A stretch of DNA of 63,011 bases, the filler included, from Reticulomyxa filosa (lineage: Eukaryota; Protista; Foraminifera): NCBI GenBank assembly GCA_000512085.1. It is 23 parts of 23 records of this genome, joined end to end, with 100 filler letters (N's around TTAATTAATTAA, not from the genome) between each part and the next. Parts side by side here need not be neighbours in the genome. Positions count along the whole stretch, not along the records: positions 10,525 to 13,223 come from ASPP01039856.1; positions 13,324 to 14,372 come from ASPP01038246.1; positions 14,473 to 17,054 come from ASPP01029637.1; positions 17,155 to 19,994 come from ASPP01041591.1; positions 20,095 to 21,575 come from ASPP01029422.1; positions 21,676 to 23,665 come from ASPP01028512.1; positions 23,766 to 26,903 come from ASPP01026065.1; 16 more parts are not named here. The stretch is one strand, 5' to 3'. Numbering within the stretch: the stretch's first letter is position 1; every line of letters begins with the position of its first letter. The notes under the pieces were generated by a model, which was not told where the DNA came from, made no database searches, and saw nothing but the letters and a program-made list of their open reading frames with translations. A program made the position numbers and the translations under genes. This document shows positions 12,703 to 26,034 of the stretch, one piece after another.

Positions 12703-14472
12703 GGGGTGTCGCTCATTTATCCTTTGATCCCAATGCACTCACCGCCTTTGTAAAACAAAAACTTTCTCCTGGGTTATTGACAAAATGTGGTCGCGCATGG
12801 ACCCCAGCAAACTGGCGAAATCAATAAAGAAGATCTCTTGGTTTCATTGATTGTCACTTGCTCGCTTTTTCATGCCTTCGTTGCTAAAATTATCTAGTTT
12901 TTTTATACACATACATTCAATTTTAGTTAAACTAAATTATTTATAGTTGATCAAAAAGTTCAGCATGTGTGCCCCTCCATTATATTAACAAAAAAATAAT
13001 CACAGATTCGTATTTTACGTACTCGAATTAGGTATCGTACAATCAGTTTGCACATATTTTCAAGTTAGGACAGCATTATCCAAAGCTAGTAGCAAAAGTC
13101 TTCATTTGCTCTAGATTTGCTCTGGAAGCATTTCATTCGAGATTTCTTCATTTCTATTTGTCGTAGAAACAAACCAAATACACCGTTGGAAAGCTAAAAA
13201 AAAGCAAATGAAACAAAAGCAAANNNNNNNNNNNNNNNNNNNNNNNNNNNNNNNNNNNNNNNNNNNNTTAATTAATTAANNNNNNNNNNNNNNNNNNNNN
13301 NNNNNNNNNNNNNNNNNNNNNNNTAAAGAATGCACAAAAATACATGAATTTACTACTGGTAGCAAGGACAATGCAAAAAAAATAACTAAATTTCCGATAG
13401 TTATTTATGGTTTTAGCAAACAATTGGCAGAACTTTGTCTACAATATTTAATAAATTACAATTCTTGGAAAATAAACAAACAACCAATGGCAATATATAC
13501 TGAAGCATCAAACAATGCAAACAAAAAAGAAATTGGGGTATTAACAAAACAATGCTCATTTGATTGCATAAAATAAATAAATAAATTTAAATTGTATTTA
13601 CAATAAAAAAAATTTTTGAAAACAGAGTAGTTTGCAACAAATTAAAATTTAAAGAAAATTTGTTTCACTTTTATAAAAGTTGAAGAGAAAAAATGATGCA
13701 ACTAACTCATTTACCGATATGTGTTTATACTTTCAAAAAAAATTACGAAACAATAATAATAAATCTCATTACAAAAGAATTGGAGCCATTTGATTTTTTT
13801 TTGCTAAAAAAACCAAAACAACAGACTACATCATAATTGGAATAATCAACAATATTTGAATTTGTCTTTTGACAAGAATTGCGATATGTTAACAAGTACA
13901 ATACTTTTTCCCAAATTTGATTGTTTTGAATATTTTTTTTATTTTTACATTTTAAACAAAGATACGTTTATTACGAAAGAACAAGGCTATAAATATTTTT
14001 ATTATCAGTTACATTTGTTGATCTAAATATATCAATTTTGCTTTCAAAGAAATAAATAAGCACAAAATATTTAGTAACAAGAAGTCTTCATAGTACTCTT
14101 TTTTAAAAAAGAAAGAGTGTTTAAAACAACCAATCTAAATCACAACAAATTAAATTTCTTGTTTTGAAAAAAATGATATTACTATTGTTACTGTAACGCT
14201 TTCACATAATGATAATCATTTTTTAGTATTGTGTGTGTTTATTTCCATTAATCGTTGTTTTTTTATTACTTGATAACAATTCCATTGTTCAGATAAACTT
14301 ATCCAATTTCTTGGGTTTTTTTTATGTTCAGTGGTAATATTAATTATTGTTTCCAATTTGAAAATTTTTGTTNNNNNNNNNNNNNNNNNNNNNNNNNNNN
14401 NNNNNNNNNNNNNNNNTTAATTAATTAANNNNNNNNNNNNNNNNNNNNNNNNNNNNNNNNNNNNNNNNNNNN

Positions 14473-14852
14473 TTGAATTTGTTTGTTGTTATCAATATCC
14501 CATACACGAACTGTTCGATCTGATGATCCAGAACAAATGATTTTTTGATCATCAAATGTTGAATAATCAATACTCCGCACAGTTTCGGTGTGTTTAGTGA
14601 ATGTATTGATTAATTTGGATGATGAACAAAACTGATCAAGCGTGAGAGTGCATACCTATGTTAAATAATGATTACAAGTAATAACAACAAATATATTTTT
14701 TTCATTACATGAAAAGACAAGAAACAAAACATAACATAATCAACAACAATTTTGCCAAGATCATGAGCCCATCCGAATGTAATGTGTAACCTTCGAATCC
14801 ATTGTTGAACGATTATCTGGACCTCTTTTTCTTTTGGCTGATTCAATCATCA
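14473..14852 (-). CDS. Expanded-family WD40 repeat protein, 5' part
   Basis: KEVQIIVQQWIRRLHITFGWAHDLGKIVVDY|intron|SSSKLINTFTKHTETVRSIDYSTFDDQKIICSGSSDRTVRVWDIDNNKQIQ; truncated by the contig end. Confidence 0.85.
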
Positions 14853-15319
14853 TGAAATAAATACAATTAAAACCTAAAGACAAACAAGGCTTGAACAAAA
14901 CTTACCAACGCTAGTTCATTGCTGAAAGTGGTCATTCTTTTGATCTCTCGACTTTTTTTAAAATGAGTACACATTCTTTTCAATTTCTTTTGATTTTTCT
15001 CTTGGAATTGCTTCAGATGATATAAGATGAAAAAATGTTTGAACCTTTTTTTTTTAACATCAAAAATGGGGGTAGTCACGCAGAAAAACTTTCTTTTCTG
15101 AAAAAGTGTGTCAAATGTAATATATTGACAGTCAATCATTTCTTTTTCATTTTATTGCAAAGAAAGATATCATTGAGATGAGTTGCTCTGTTTATTTATT
15201 GAAGCAGTCTTTTTTAAAATGTGTGCATCTCAGGATGGCTTTACTTTTTTCTATCTCTTATTTTTTTTGTTATTTAAAATGATTTATTATTCAAAACAAA
15301 GCTCAAACATGAATTGGAG

Positions 15320-15830
15320 TTATTCAATTTGCACTTTAAAATATTTAAACTTCCAAATTAAAAAATAAATTGAAATTGGAAGAAATAAAAAGCATTTGAA
15401 TTGAAAAATTTGAAAATAAAAAAATGCAATGAAATTATTAAATGGTTTTGGATCAATTTTTTTGATATCATCCGATGATAATTCAATACCATAAATTGCA
15501 GTTATCCCTTTTTTACTTTTATTTCTATAACTTTGGTTTCCTCCAATATATGTGACAGTACCAAAAGTTTGTTTCAATTAATTTGGATGATATTGAGAGT
15601 GGTAGCTCTGACAAAACGAGCTTCAAGAAATTCTGTTTTTTCCATTTTCTCTCGAACATATCAATGAACAAAAGTTCATTGTGAATGCAGATAGTCAAAT
15701 TTATCTACAATCCTTTTGATAAACCATCGAGAAATAGCAGTATTATTAGCAATCATAACACTATTCTATAAAAAAAATTATATTATTTTTTTTTTAAACC
15801 AAATATCTCCAATTTCTGTATTTTCCATTT
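15320..15830 (-). pseudogene. Degenerate CAP-Gly-like remnant
   Basis: FGTVTYIGG....IYGIELS resembles CAP-Gly GTVRYIG...WxGIEL; the surrounding frames are broken. Confidence 0.35.
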
Positions 15831-16650
15831 TCTTTTGAACACTTTGCTCTTTTTTGAGTGCAATTGATTTCCATTTGGTCGTTGGCAACTTGTTTGCAAA
15901 TCAAACAAATAAAGTCGTGAATGATCTCCTGCTTGTCCTTGCTTTTCTCTTCTTATCTTATTATTAAAATATTATAATGAATGAAATGAAAATCAAATTA
16001 TTTCTGCAAATGAGATAAGTCAACAAAGAGATAATGGATGTTATTCATAAAATATTTTATTTGTGTTTATTTGATAAAATATTGTATATTTAACCGTATT
16101 AATGTTGCAAAAATTCTCTTCACAATGGTCTATACTACAAATTATCGCATCCCAAGAGTTGCGTTATCATCTAAAGAAACATTAATCTATCAAATATTTT
16201 TTAAATATATCATTTATGAAATTTATGTTTAAGCAGTTTTAATGTTTCAAAGTCGAATATTTAAATTTTTACTCTTCAAGTTTAGCAAAGCAATAATCAA
16301 TTTAAAAACAAAAATAAACACATGTAAAGTTTATAAAAGTTATGTCAAATTAAACTTTTCGTTTCAACATCAAAGTTCCTTTTTTGTTTTCAAACATTCT
16401 TCAAAATCTACAAAACACTATTTTCAAAGTTTTTGTTGAAATCTTTTAAAAAACTTGTATATTCAATTTTGCACAAATTTTTAAAAAAAATTTCTTGTTT
16501 TTATCGAAAAAACAATTACATGCATTGTTAAAATCATATTTCATGTTGCCAAAAAATATTTTTGAAAACCCCTTTCATTACTCTTGAGAAAAAAAAAGCT
16601 AAATATCATCCATTTCACATCATCAAAAGCGACCTTAAGCAAAAAACAAA

Positions 16651-17054
16651 ATGACAACTCTTATCAATGAGAAGCAAACTTTAACACAATTAGCGTTGGT
16701 AAGCTCTATTACAAGCTTTCAGAAAGTTTATTGCATTTTTTCTTTTGTTTTATTTGTCGTATATAATTTGTGATTCAAACAGTCTGAAGAAGAAAAAATT
16801 CAATTAATCATAAAACATTGGATTCGAATATTGAAAATCAAATTAGGATGGATTCATGAATTTGACAAACTTGTTGTCAATTACGTTAGTTCATTTTTTT
16901 TTTTCATTTCATCAATCAAAATATTCAAATGTTTATTTAACATAGATATCTACTGTTTTCATGTTTGAAACATTTCGTTCATCATCCAAATTAATTAATA
17001 CATTCACTGGACATAGAAACATCGTGTGGAGTATTGATTATTCAACATTTGATG
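16651..17054 (+). CDS. Expanded-family WD40 repeat protein, 5' part
   Basis: MTTLINEKQTLTQLAL|SEEEKIQLIIKHWIRILKIKLGWIHEFDKLVVNY|ISTVFMFETFRSSSKLINTFTGHRNIVWSIDYSTFD; clear paralogue of 14473-14852. Confidence 0.85.
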
Positions 17055-17258
17055 NNNNNNNNNNNNNNNNNNNNNNNNNNNNNNNNNNNNNNNNNNNNTT
17101 AATTAATTAANNNNNNNNNNNNNNNNNNNNNNNNNNNNNNNNNNNNNNNNNNNNTTCATTTTAGAAAAAAAGTAAAAACTAAAGAACAAATTAAAGGGAT
17201 CTTTTTGTTAAAAAAAAAATTGAAGTACATTGCAACACTTTTCTCACTTGTATTGAAA

Positions 17259-18619
17259 ATGGAAGCGTCCGAAGAAAAAGAACTGATCCGTTTTTTGAAC
17301 GAAAATAAAATGAAGATGGCGTCAGATGCTGCAGATAAGCTTTTAGCACATCGTGTAACTTTTCAAGATTTATTGAACTACCGAGAAAAAGAAATCGAGT
17401 TTTGACTTTGTTATTACTTTTTTAAAAAAAAAAAAAGCACCAAAAAACAAAGGGAAAGTTGTAAAAGCATGAAAGTGAATATATTGAGCAGCATTGACAT
17501 ACGAAAGATATTAAGAAATACTCCAGGCAGCCGTTGTTATAATGACGCCAATCACGAAAAGATAGTTATCTCGACGGTGATATTAAATGATGATGACCAA
17601 TCACAATTGGAAAAAATGTTTGAAGAAGCTAAAAAGTTATCAGAAAAAAAGAAAAGATTGGAAGAAGAAAAGGAACTGATAAAAGAAAAAGGACTACGTC
17701 AAAAAATGGAATTATCTAAAATTGCTGACGAACTATTATCAAAAATATCGCAATATAAAAAAAAAATGTTGTGTGGTATTGACTTATTGATGAAACAAAA
17801 ATGTAAAGATTTAGATAACATTGTTGATCAATTAAAACAAAAAGAAGTACAAATGAATGAATGGCACAATAAATTTAATCAAGTAGCAGCAAATGTTAAT
17901 ATTAATACTATCGAACGAAAAAAAGATATTTCAAATCTAATTCAAGAAATAGATCATTTGTTAAACAACGTAGACACAACTGATCCAATTCAATTTGATT
18001 TTTCTGTTGATTTTCCATTGGATCCAATTTTGCAAGTTAATATATTTGGTTTTTGTCTTTTTGAAAAAAAAACATGATTGTTTTGAATAGTTCCATAATA
18101 GTCTTGAATTTGCATTGCCTATTGCATCACACGATTTGCAAAGTGATCAAATTAGTATTCATAACGAAAGAGAAAATAAAAACCAAGACAACATCCAAAC
18201 AGAATTGAAAGTCGACGCGATTCATCCTCAAATTCAACAAAAAAGTATTATCAGTTAAATTTAAAAAAAGTCAATATTATATTAGTTAATGATTTTGTTT
18301 AAAAAAAAAAAAGGTGATCAACTCTTCGAATGTAAAGACTGCAGTCTTAATTTTATCAGCCAAAAGAATTTGAACAGACACATTAAAACGCACAATGGTT
18401 AACTTTGTGAATTTGTATTATATAAATATTGCTTATTTGAACATCACAAACAACAGGAGAAAAACCTTATCATTGTAATTTTTGTCATAAATTATTCTCA
18501 CAAAATTGCAACCTGTCCAGACATGTTAAAGTTAATATTCTTTTATGAAATATTTTTTAACATAATTAAATTGATGAATTTTATAGACTTGTCGTGCAAA
18601 GTCAGAAAATCATCAATAA
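17259..18619 (+). CDS. SAM-like/coiled-coil protein with two C-terminal zinc fingers (C2H2 + C2HC), multi-exon
   Basis: Late exons not shown in the ORF track: FECKDCSLNFISQKNLNRHIKTHN|GEKPYHCNFCHKLFSQNCNLSRHVK|TCRAKSENHQ*, including a TGEKPY-like linker. Central heptad-rich region; GT-AG introns at about 17399, 18036, 18245, 18398 and 18530. Confidence 0.8.
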
Positions 18620-18653
18620 ATTTTTTTCATCAAGTTTTTTTTCGAAATTTGCA

Positions 18654-19677
18654 TTATCCATACGCATATTTCTCAATTGTAAATAAAAACAGTTTGTCCA
18701 GTGAAGTTGTGTCTTGAATTATTTTGAGCGTAGCTCTTTTTTTAAACGATTCTCCTTTGCGGATATAAAATTGCTTTTTAGTAAACGATATATATTGAGT
18801 ATCTCCACGACTACCCACTGGAGGATACAACATCAGAGTTTCCAATAACGCACATTCTGTGTATTTCATTTTTTTTTTTGCAAAGTGAGTCACAAATACT
18901 TCCTTTGGAAGAAGGATATTTAAAAAAGGGCAACGCCAAAAGTTCAATCGAAACACGAAACTCATCTGATGCCTGGTGAAAAGAAATATTGGATTGCGAA
19001 ATGTAATTGATTTCCTTGAGAATTTTTTAATAATGGCTGGTTTGTTTTCAATTATATAAAAGAACCACGACAGCAGCGCCCTCGTGATATACATCCCAGC
19101 AATTGTCATATTCAAAGAGATCCAATTCAATAGATATGGTGAATAAACACTGATGAATATATACATATGCATATACATAGATGTATAGCTTATCCATATA
19201 CGTATAATCTTTAGTGGATCAGACATAAAAATTCCATCACCTTTATATGTGCATATGTATATGTACGTATAAAAAAAATAAATTAAGAGATAGAAGTTTG
19301 TCAAAAATTTTGTTATTTATTTAAATAAATAAGACTTAGTACCGTCTTTCTCTTTGGATAGCACCTTTTTCAAAGGACTCGAACTCTCTGTTAAACATAA
19401 ATTTAAGTATGCCAGAGCCTGTCGTCACCAAATTACATTGATGCATCGGCAACGACAGATTGATTATTGTGAACTTGGTTTTCACAAATGTGTAGTAGCA
19501 ATAATTGTGGAAACACTTGTTATTGTACCCCTCTTCGATAAATGGCATATGTCCCAACAACGCTGACTCTGGCGCGTTCAGGTTTATTATGTTGAGGTGC
19601 TTCTTTGGTCGAAATGCCACATACAATGCTGCGCCACATATCGCAGTTGCTGCCGCTGTACCCGCCAGTAAACCCAT
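18654..19677 (-). pseudogene. Cytochrome P450 pseudogene (CYP86/704-like features), internally deleted
   Basis: N-terminal anchor, LLGH, F.FEKG, GDGIFMSD; I-helix AGMYIT (for AGxDTT); K-helix LETLMLYPPV (ExxR lost). No FxxGxRxCxG heme motif seen. Confidence 0.8.
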
Positions 19678-22229
19678 CTTCACTGTCTGCAATAACGGTA
19701 ATGAGATTTTTTTTTTTTTTGTCAAGTTTTTTTTTCATTTGACAAAATTTCTGTCAATTTTATTATTTTTCAAAAAAATACATTTTTTTTTGCAAAATGG
19801 AAAACGTTCAGCTGGTGCAAAGTTTTTTTTTCTTTTGAGAGCCCCATCTAATTGAGAAATGCAATCCGTTAGTGACATGAGATTGAGTTTACAAAGAGAC
19901 CTTATGGATTTCGCATAGTTGTGGATGATAACAACAAGAATGCGATAGTGAATGCAATTTTGGAAAGGGAATTGGACGAGCACTTGTGTACCGGNNNNNN
20001 NNNNNNNNNNNNNNNNNNNNNNNNNNNNNNNNNNNNNNTTAATTAATTAANNNNNNNNNNNNNNNNNNNNNNNNNNNNNNNNNNNNNNNNNNNNAAGTCA
20101 GGCATTAATTACACAAATTCACTAAGCAGAATATCGAATGCATCAATCAAATGAAAACTTGTTAAACTTGCAAATACACATTTATTTTGATTTTTCGTTC
20201 AAAAAAGAAAGTACAGCTCCATTTTCAGGATGAACATGAAAATCACAAGGTTAAGGTAAGGATTTTTGTGTCACAGACACTTCTTTTTGAAAACAGAGTA
20301 GTCAGTAAGAAAAGATGAAAGATAAGAAATAAAAAAAATGTGACTATCCCCTTTTTTTGGCACCTTTTTCAACAGAATTTTAGTTTTTGCTCTTTTTTTA
20401 TATTTAAACTTGATAATTTGCGTTATTTTGTTTAAAGTACACTTATTAATTTCTTTTTTAAACTTATTCAACTGGTACAGCATTTTTTTTTGATTCATAT
20501 GTCGATTTTCATGTGTGATTTTCAGATTAACACAATTGCATATCAGCTTTTTTCTCAGTAGAAACAATTGAGTCAATTAAATCTAGCTGAAATATTGTCA
20601 GAAATTCACTTCACTTTTACTAGATATAGCAATAATTATTTCGAATACAAAAAAGCAACAAATATTCCAGATAAATCTGTGATCAATGTTATTGAGTTGA
20701 AACAGTAACATTGTTTGTGTTTACACTCTGAACAATTACTTTTTTTTTTGGAAATAAAGGTGTTTTCAACAAATGAAATATATTCGTTCTTTTTTGCCAA
20801 GTACAGCTAAACAAAATTTTGAACAATAAACACTTCTTTTTGTAAAAAAAGCCAATGAAATTGTTGATTACGTAGTGATTGCATTATGTGTAGTATTTTT
20901 GTTAATATGTTTGGACTACTTTGCGTGTAATCTACTGTACAGTGATATTTTGAGTGGAAATGGGTTGCATTTAATGTTTTTTTTTCTCAATATTATGCAG
21001 CGTATTCACAAATACTTTATTTTTTAGTTTGTATGCTGTTTGGAAAAAATGAGATTCAAAACAAACTTGCCAAACATGAATCAATTCTCACTACTGTGAG
21101 ATATTGCCGAAATATCAAATAGATATGTATTGACACATAGTATTGCAAGCCAACAAACCTTAAAAAATCAAACAGTTTTTTTGGACAAAGATCAAATACC
21201 ATAAGAAAGCTGGAAAGAAGTCCCGCAAACAAGTAGCAAAAGAAGATGAGAGATGCTGCACAAGAAAATACAACCATCTGTTTTTTGTTTTCAAAATAGA
21301 CAGCAAACAAAAAAAAAGATGAAAGATAAAAAAATAAAAAAAATGGAACTACTTCCCTTTTTGAGCACCTTTTTTGTTGTTATATTTTTTGATAGAATCC
21401 ATAACTTTGAATCTTTTTTTGTATTTAGAATTGAAATTGAATGTTGTTCTCTTGATAGTACGCTTATTTCTATTTTTTTTTTTTAACATGTTTAATTTGG
21501 CAACAATTTTTTAAGTTACATATCAATTGTTGTATGTCAAACATACACTCAATTTTGATATTTAGATGACATCATNNNNNNNNNNNNNNNNNNNNNNNNN
21601 NNNNNNNNNNNNNNNNNNNTTAATTAATTAANNNNNNNNNNNNNNNNNNNNNNNNNNNNNNNNNNNNNNNNNNNNGAAACAAAGGAGAAAGAAGTAAGTT
21701 GTGAAGAAAGTTTAGCATACTGGGGTTTCATCAGTTCCCAACTCTTTAAAAAAACATTAACGCAACTTTTTCAATTTTTTTAAAAACAAAAAAAATAAGA
21801 CACATCATTCAATGCTTGCGCTCAATCAAATCAAACAAGTTTGATATCACCTTACTTTAATCAAACGTCTCAAAAAAAAAAAATGCAAGATATTTCAAGT
21901 GTTGTGTTTTTTGTATAATCGAGCACGATTTTTTTTTAGTAATTCATGATAGAATTTTTTTCTGTTTCGGACAATTTGATATAGAAGAAAGAAAATAGTC
22001 TTTTAAAATATTTTTGCTTAAATCGTTTGTTTTAAATTTTATTTGTAATTTGCTAGTAGTGCTAATTCAGTACTAAAGCCTCTGTTGTTGAAAATTATAG
22101 TTTACATAATTTTTTTGTTTAAAAATTCGTAATAAATTCAATAGTAAGCAAATACTTTGAAATATGTTGATAGCACTTTAAAAAAAAAATTTACAATGTT
22201 CAATTCTCAATAAACAAACTGAAGCTTAC

Positions 22230-23520
22230 TTTGTAGGATTCAAAAATTCTTGGATTTCTTTTTGTAAAGCAAAATTTGGATAAATTTTAAGGTCTACATC
22301 CTCAATCAAAGAATAATAATTTGGTATCGTTCTATATTGATCAGTAATTGATTTTTTTTGACCATATAATGCAATTACTGGCTCTTTCATAATTAATTTG
22401 GATAATGGGCATATATTTTCCTGGAATAAATTGGTTTATGATATATTTTCTAGAAATTTTAATGAAAGAGTCACATACTATATTAGAGCCATTTTGATCC
22501 ATAAAACGAAATTTATTCATCAACTCTTTGGCTTTCATGTGTAGTAAATTTATTCTGCTAATTTGATTTTGTTCATTAATTTCACTACAGTTTGTCATTG
22601 TTATTTTTTAAAAATTCAATGTATGTCCAAGAAAAATGGCAGTATATTGTGGATTCAATTTATAACATCTTTTTTCAAATTCGTCATAATTTTTTTAAAT
22701 CAAATTATCATTTTCTTCCAATAACATTTTTAGTTTATAATTCAATGTATTAAAATTCTCCAACTTTTTTTCATTAGAATCAAAAATTTGTTTGATTGAA
22801 TTAACGCTACAATTTTGAAACATTAATTAATTCTGATATTTCAAATAATTTTTCTAAATTTATAATAAAATGTACTTTAGTGTTGCAATCAGATCCACCA
22901 ATAACATGAACACATGAATAATCATTGTTCAAAATTGCAAAATATGAAGACGATTTGATTGGTAATTTGATGTTGCATTTGTCCAATGTTCTACTTTTCA
23001 TTGAATATTTATAAACACTATCTATATATTCTATTTTAGTATTATCTATTCCTCCAAATAAAAATATGAAATCATGAATAGATACAAATGAATTAAAAGT
23101 GATATCAAATTTAACATAATCCAGTAATTGTTCATAATCAAAATGTCTGCTTTTTTCGTCATATTTTATTAATAATACTTTGTAATCACAAAATAATATA
23201 AAATTATTTTCCACTTTTTCATTGTTATCTGTCAAATGAATAAAACAATCATAGTTAATTACATTATTGTCCATTATGTTGATACTTATGCAATCCATTG
23301 TATTTAAATCGATAACTTTAATAATACACAGAGGATGAACAATAAATAATAAATCATTATTTATTGCACCTAGCAATAATCTCGCACCAATTAAATTTTC
23401 TTCTTCTTTTCTAATGACATGATTTTCGTAAAGTCTTATCCAATTATTGAAATATATGCTCCTTTGCATTAATACATTGCCCCTCAAATGACAATAAATG
23501 CACTTCACCATCACTTGCAC
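22230..23520 (-). pseudogene. Kelch/beta-propeller expanded-family protein, degenerate
   Basis: GARLLLGAINNDLLFI, FIFLFGG..DSVYKYS, VHVIGG Kelch-like motifs; the flanking parts are broken by stops and frameshifts. Confidence 0.7.
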
Positions 23521-23785
23521 ATAAACGAAATAACCTTACTTCGAAATTTTTAAAATTTATTTGAAAAAATCATATTTTTCACTAGAAAAAACTTACCATA
23601 AAACCAACTTCATATTTAAAAACTTCAAGATTAGTAAATATTTTTTAGGTTTAAATCTTTATTTTNNNNNNNNNNNNNNNNNNNNNNNNNNNNNNNNNNN
23701 NNNNNNNNNTTAATTAATTAANNNNNNNNNNNNNNNNNNNNNNNNNNNNNNNNNNNNNNNNNNNNCCCCCCCCCCCCCCTCCTCT

Positions 23786-24361
23786 CTATCTCTTCCTTGC
23801 TTGTGGCAAGTACTTTGGCATGATATTTTTCCCTTGTCTCAAAACTGTGTCTGAAGAAAGCGCTTCACATAAAACAGCAACGACAATTGCTGATATTTCT
23901 TGACTTATTTCCATAGAATTGGTTTCAATATCGCCATATTCCATTATCCAACTTATGCCGCTATCTTTTTTTTTTTTTGCATTCACGTTTTTTTTTGAGT
24001 TATACATAATAAAGCCGACCCTGCAAATATGTTTGTTTTGTGTTGCAAAAGGACATTTGTCATGCTGGGTATGGAGTTCAACGATATCACGCAAAACCAT
24101 CAATTGCACATTCGATGGCAGACGTCCCAAAAAATGCGCTTCACCACCGATTTGCTTCCACACTTTCCAAAATTCCTTATTTTTATTTCGTTTGTTTTAG
24201 TTTGCACAAAGGGATGAACCACTTGTCAAAATGACACAAAAATTTCGAGTACAAACTTGTGCTATTTGAAAGGAACCAATTGTCAATAAAACACTGTCAG
24301 TTGGTCCTTTATCCACATTGGCCAACAACTTCCAATTTGAATAAAGTCTTAATTGAGACAT
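23786..24361 (-). CDS. Divergent eIF4E-like protein, 3' truncated
   Basis: MSQLRLYSNWKLLANVDKGPTDSVLLTIGSFQIAQ|EFWKVWKQI..RLPSNVQLMVLRD...IVVAVLCEAL aligns by eye with eIF4E LQNRWAL...LRLISKFDTVEDFWALYNHI..LMPGCDYSLFKD...LLCLIGESF. Intron 24256-24176. Confidence 0.55.
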
Positions 24362-24806
24362 TGACAAATTATTCTGTTTCCGATAACTAAAAATTAACGT
24401 TTCTTGTGTGGTGTTCCTCTAGCCTCCTTCTTTTTCCTCGTTTCTTGTTTCCTTTTCTCAAAGCTGCTCATTCAAATATTTTAAACGAATAAAGTAAATG
24501 TAATTTTTCCACGTATTATATCGTCACTGTATAAATGTTGATTTTGCTCAATTCAATATTCTTACTTTTGAAAATGATAAGTTAAAAAATTTGAAATGTA
24601 AAAAAGACGGAAGCTATTTTGGTATTTTTGGGCTGTCGAGTTGTATATTCAAAGATCTCCCTTTTGGATGAGAAGAAGGAAAAAATTTAATGTTGGTATA
24701 AGCAATAGCAATTACTACAAAAAGGATTGCTTAGTAAAGGGTCTTGCCAAGTGAATGTGGGATTTTTTTTTTTGAAGAAGACATTATCATTGCAGTTGGT
24801 TTGACG

Positions 24807-25652
24807 ATGTCAGCAACCCCTTACTGGGGAAAAGTTGATAGTACAGTTGACTGGTGCGAGCCAAATTATGTGGTTTCTCCCTACATTGCTGAGTTTTTCA
24901 ACACCGTGTCTCATGTTCCCACTCCATTCTACATATCTGCAGGCATATTTTATACCTGGAAACTGGCCTCAAAGGAGTGGCGTTTTGTGTGTGCGTTTGC
25001 GAGTGTGATATTGGTTGCCATTGGAAGCATAGCCTTTCACGCGACATTGCGCTACGTTGGTCAGCTATTGGACGAGCTGCCTTTAATGCTAACCAATTAC
25101 AGTCTTTTGTATTGTGTGTTGTGTTGCAAGGCATCGCCGACAATGAGTCAATCTGAAAAATGGAAAGAGCGTATTTGGATTGGCCTATTCTGTATGTTAG
25201 GATGTATCCAATGTGTAATCTACATCGTATTGAAATGGTATGCGGTGTTTTTCATTAGCTATGGATGTCTCTTAATTGGCTTATTGCTATACTCGGTTTC
25301 TACCATTCGAGATGCCATGGGCAAAACACATCCTTCGTTTTTGTCCATGAAATTATTCAAATACGCATGCATTACATATGGATGTGGGTTTGCATTGTGG
25401 TGCATCGAAAATACATTTTGTAAAAAAGTGCAATCGTTCCAACTGCATGCATGGTGGCATGTTTTATCTGGTGCGGGGTCCTATCTTTATATTTTGAGTA
25501 TGATTGCGCTGCGTAGTCACTATTTGAAACGTCAGACCAATTTGCAGTTTCTTCACTTGTGTGGCATCCATGTGTCAGTGCAGCCTGTTGTCGTGTGCAC
25601 ACAAGAGAAGGAGGATTGCACTGCAGTGGCAGACAACAGAAAATCTAAATGA
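24807..25652 (+). CDS. Alkaline ceramidase (ACER3/YPC1-like, CREST superfamily), intronless
   Basis: YWG..STVDWCEPNY, IAEFFNTVS, GSIAFHATL, QLLDELPL, QLHAWWHVLSG; about 7 hydrophobic helices. Confidence 0.95.
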   Translation: MSATPYWGKVDSTVDWCEPNYVVSPYIAEFFNTVSHVPTPFYISAGIFYTWKLASKEWRFVCAFASVILVAIGSIAFHATLRYVGQLLDELPLMLTNYSLLYCVLCCKASPTMSQSEKWKERIWIGLFCMLGCIQCVIYIVLKWYAVFFISYGCLLIGLLLYSVSTIRDAMGKTHPSFLSMKLFKYACITYGCGFALWCIENTFCKKVQSFQLHAWWHVLSGAGSYLYILSMIALRSHYLKRQTNLQFLHLCGIHVSVQPVVVCTQEKEDCTAVADNRKSK

Positions 25653-26034
25653 TTTTATTTTCATGTCTTATTATTGTACTGTAAATTGCAATTTTAAAAT
25701 GTCATCGGTTGTTACACCGCTTCTTTTATGATATTGTTGTTTTTTTATTTACTCTTTTTACTTACTGTGTTTTTTCAAAATTGTTTGTCAATTCCTTTCA
25801 AAAGGAAAACAACTCCGATTGAAAAACAGAGCATATAATCTTAGCACATAAAATCACTTTCGATGTGTATTTGAATACTCAGGCTGGCCCCTTTCGAACT
25901 GTAAAGTTTTTCCATGCTACGTTCATCGAGAAATCCTATCCATATTGATTTTTTTGAATTTAACATTGATATTATTAGCTATTAGCGACATCATCCTAAA
26001 ATAATAACATAATAAACTAATAATAATAATAATA

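Noticed and set aside
20095-21575. Short ORFs in an AT-rich contig
   Set aside because: K/F/I-biased translations typical of non-coding AT-rich DNA.
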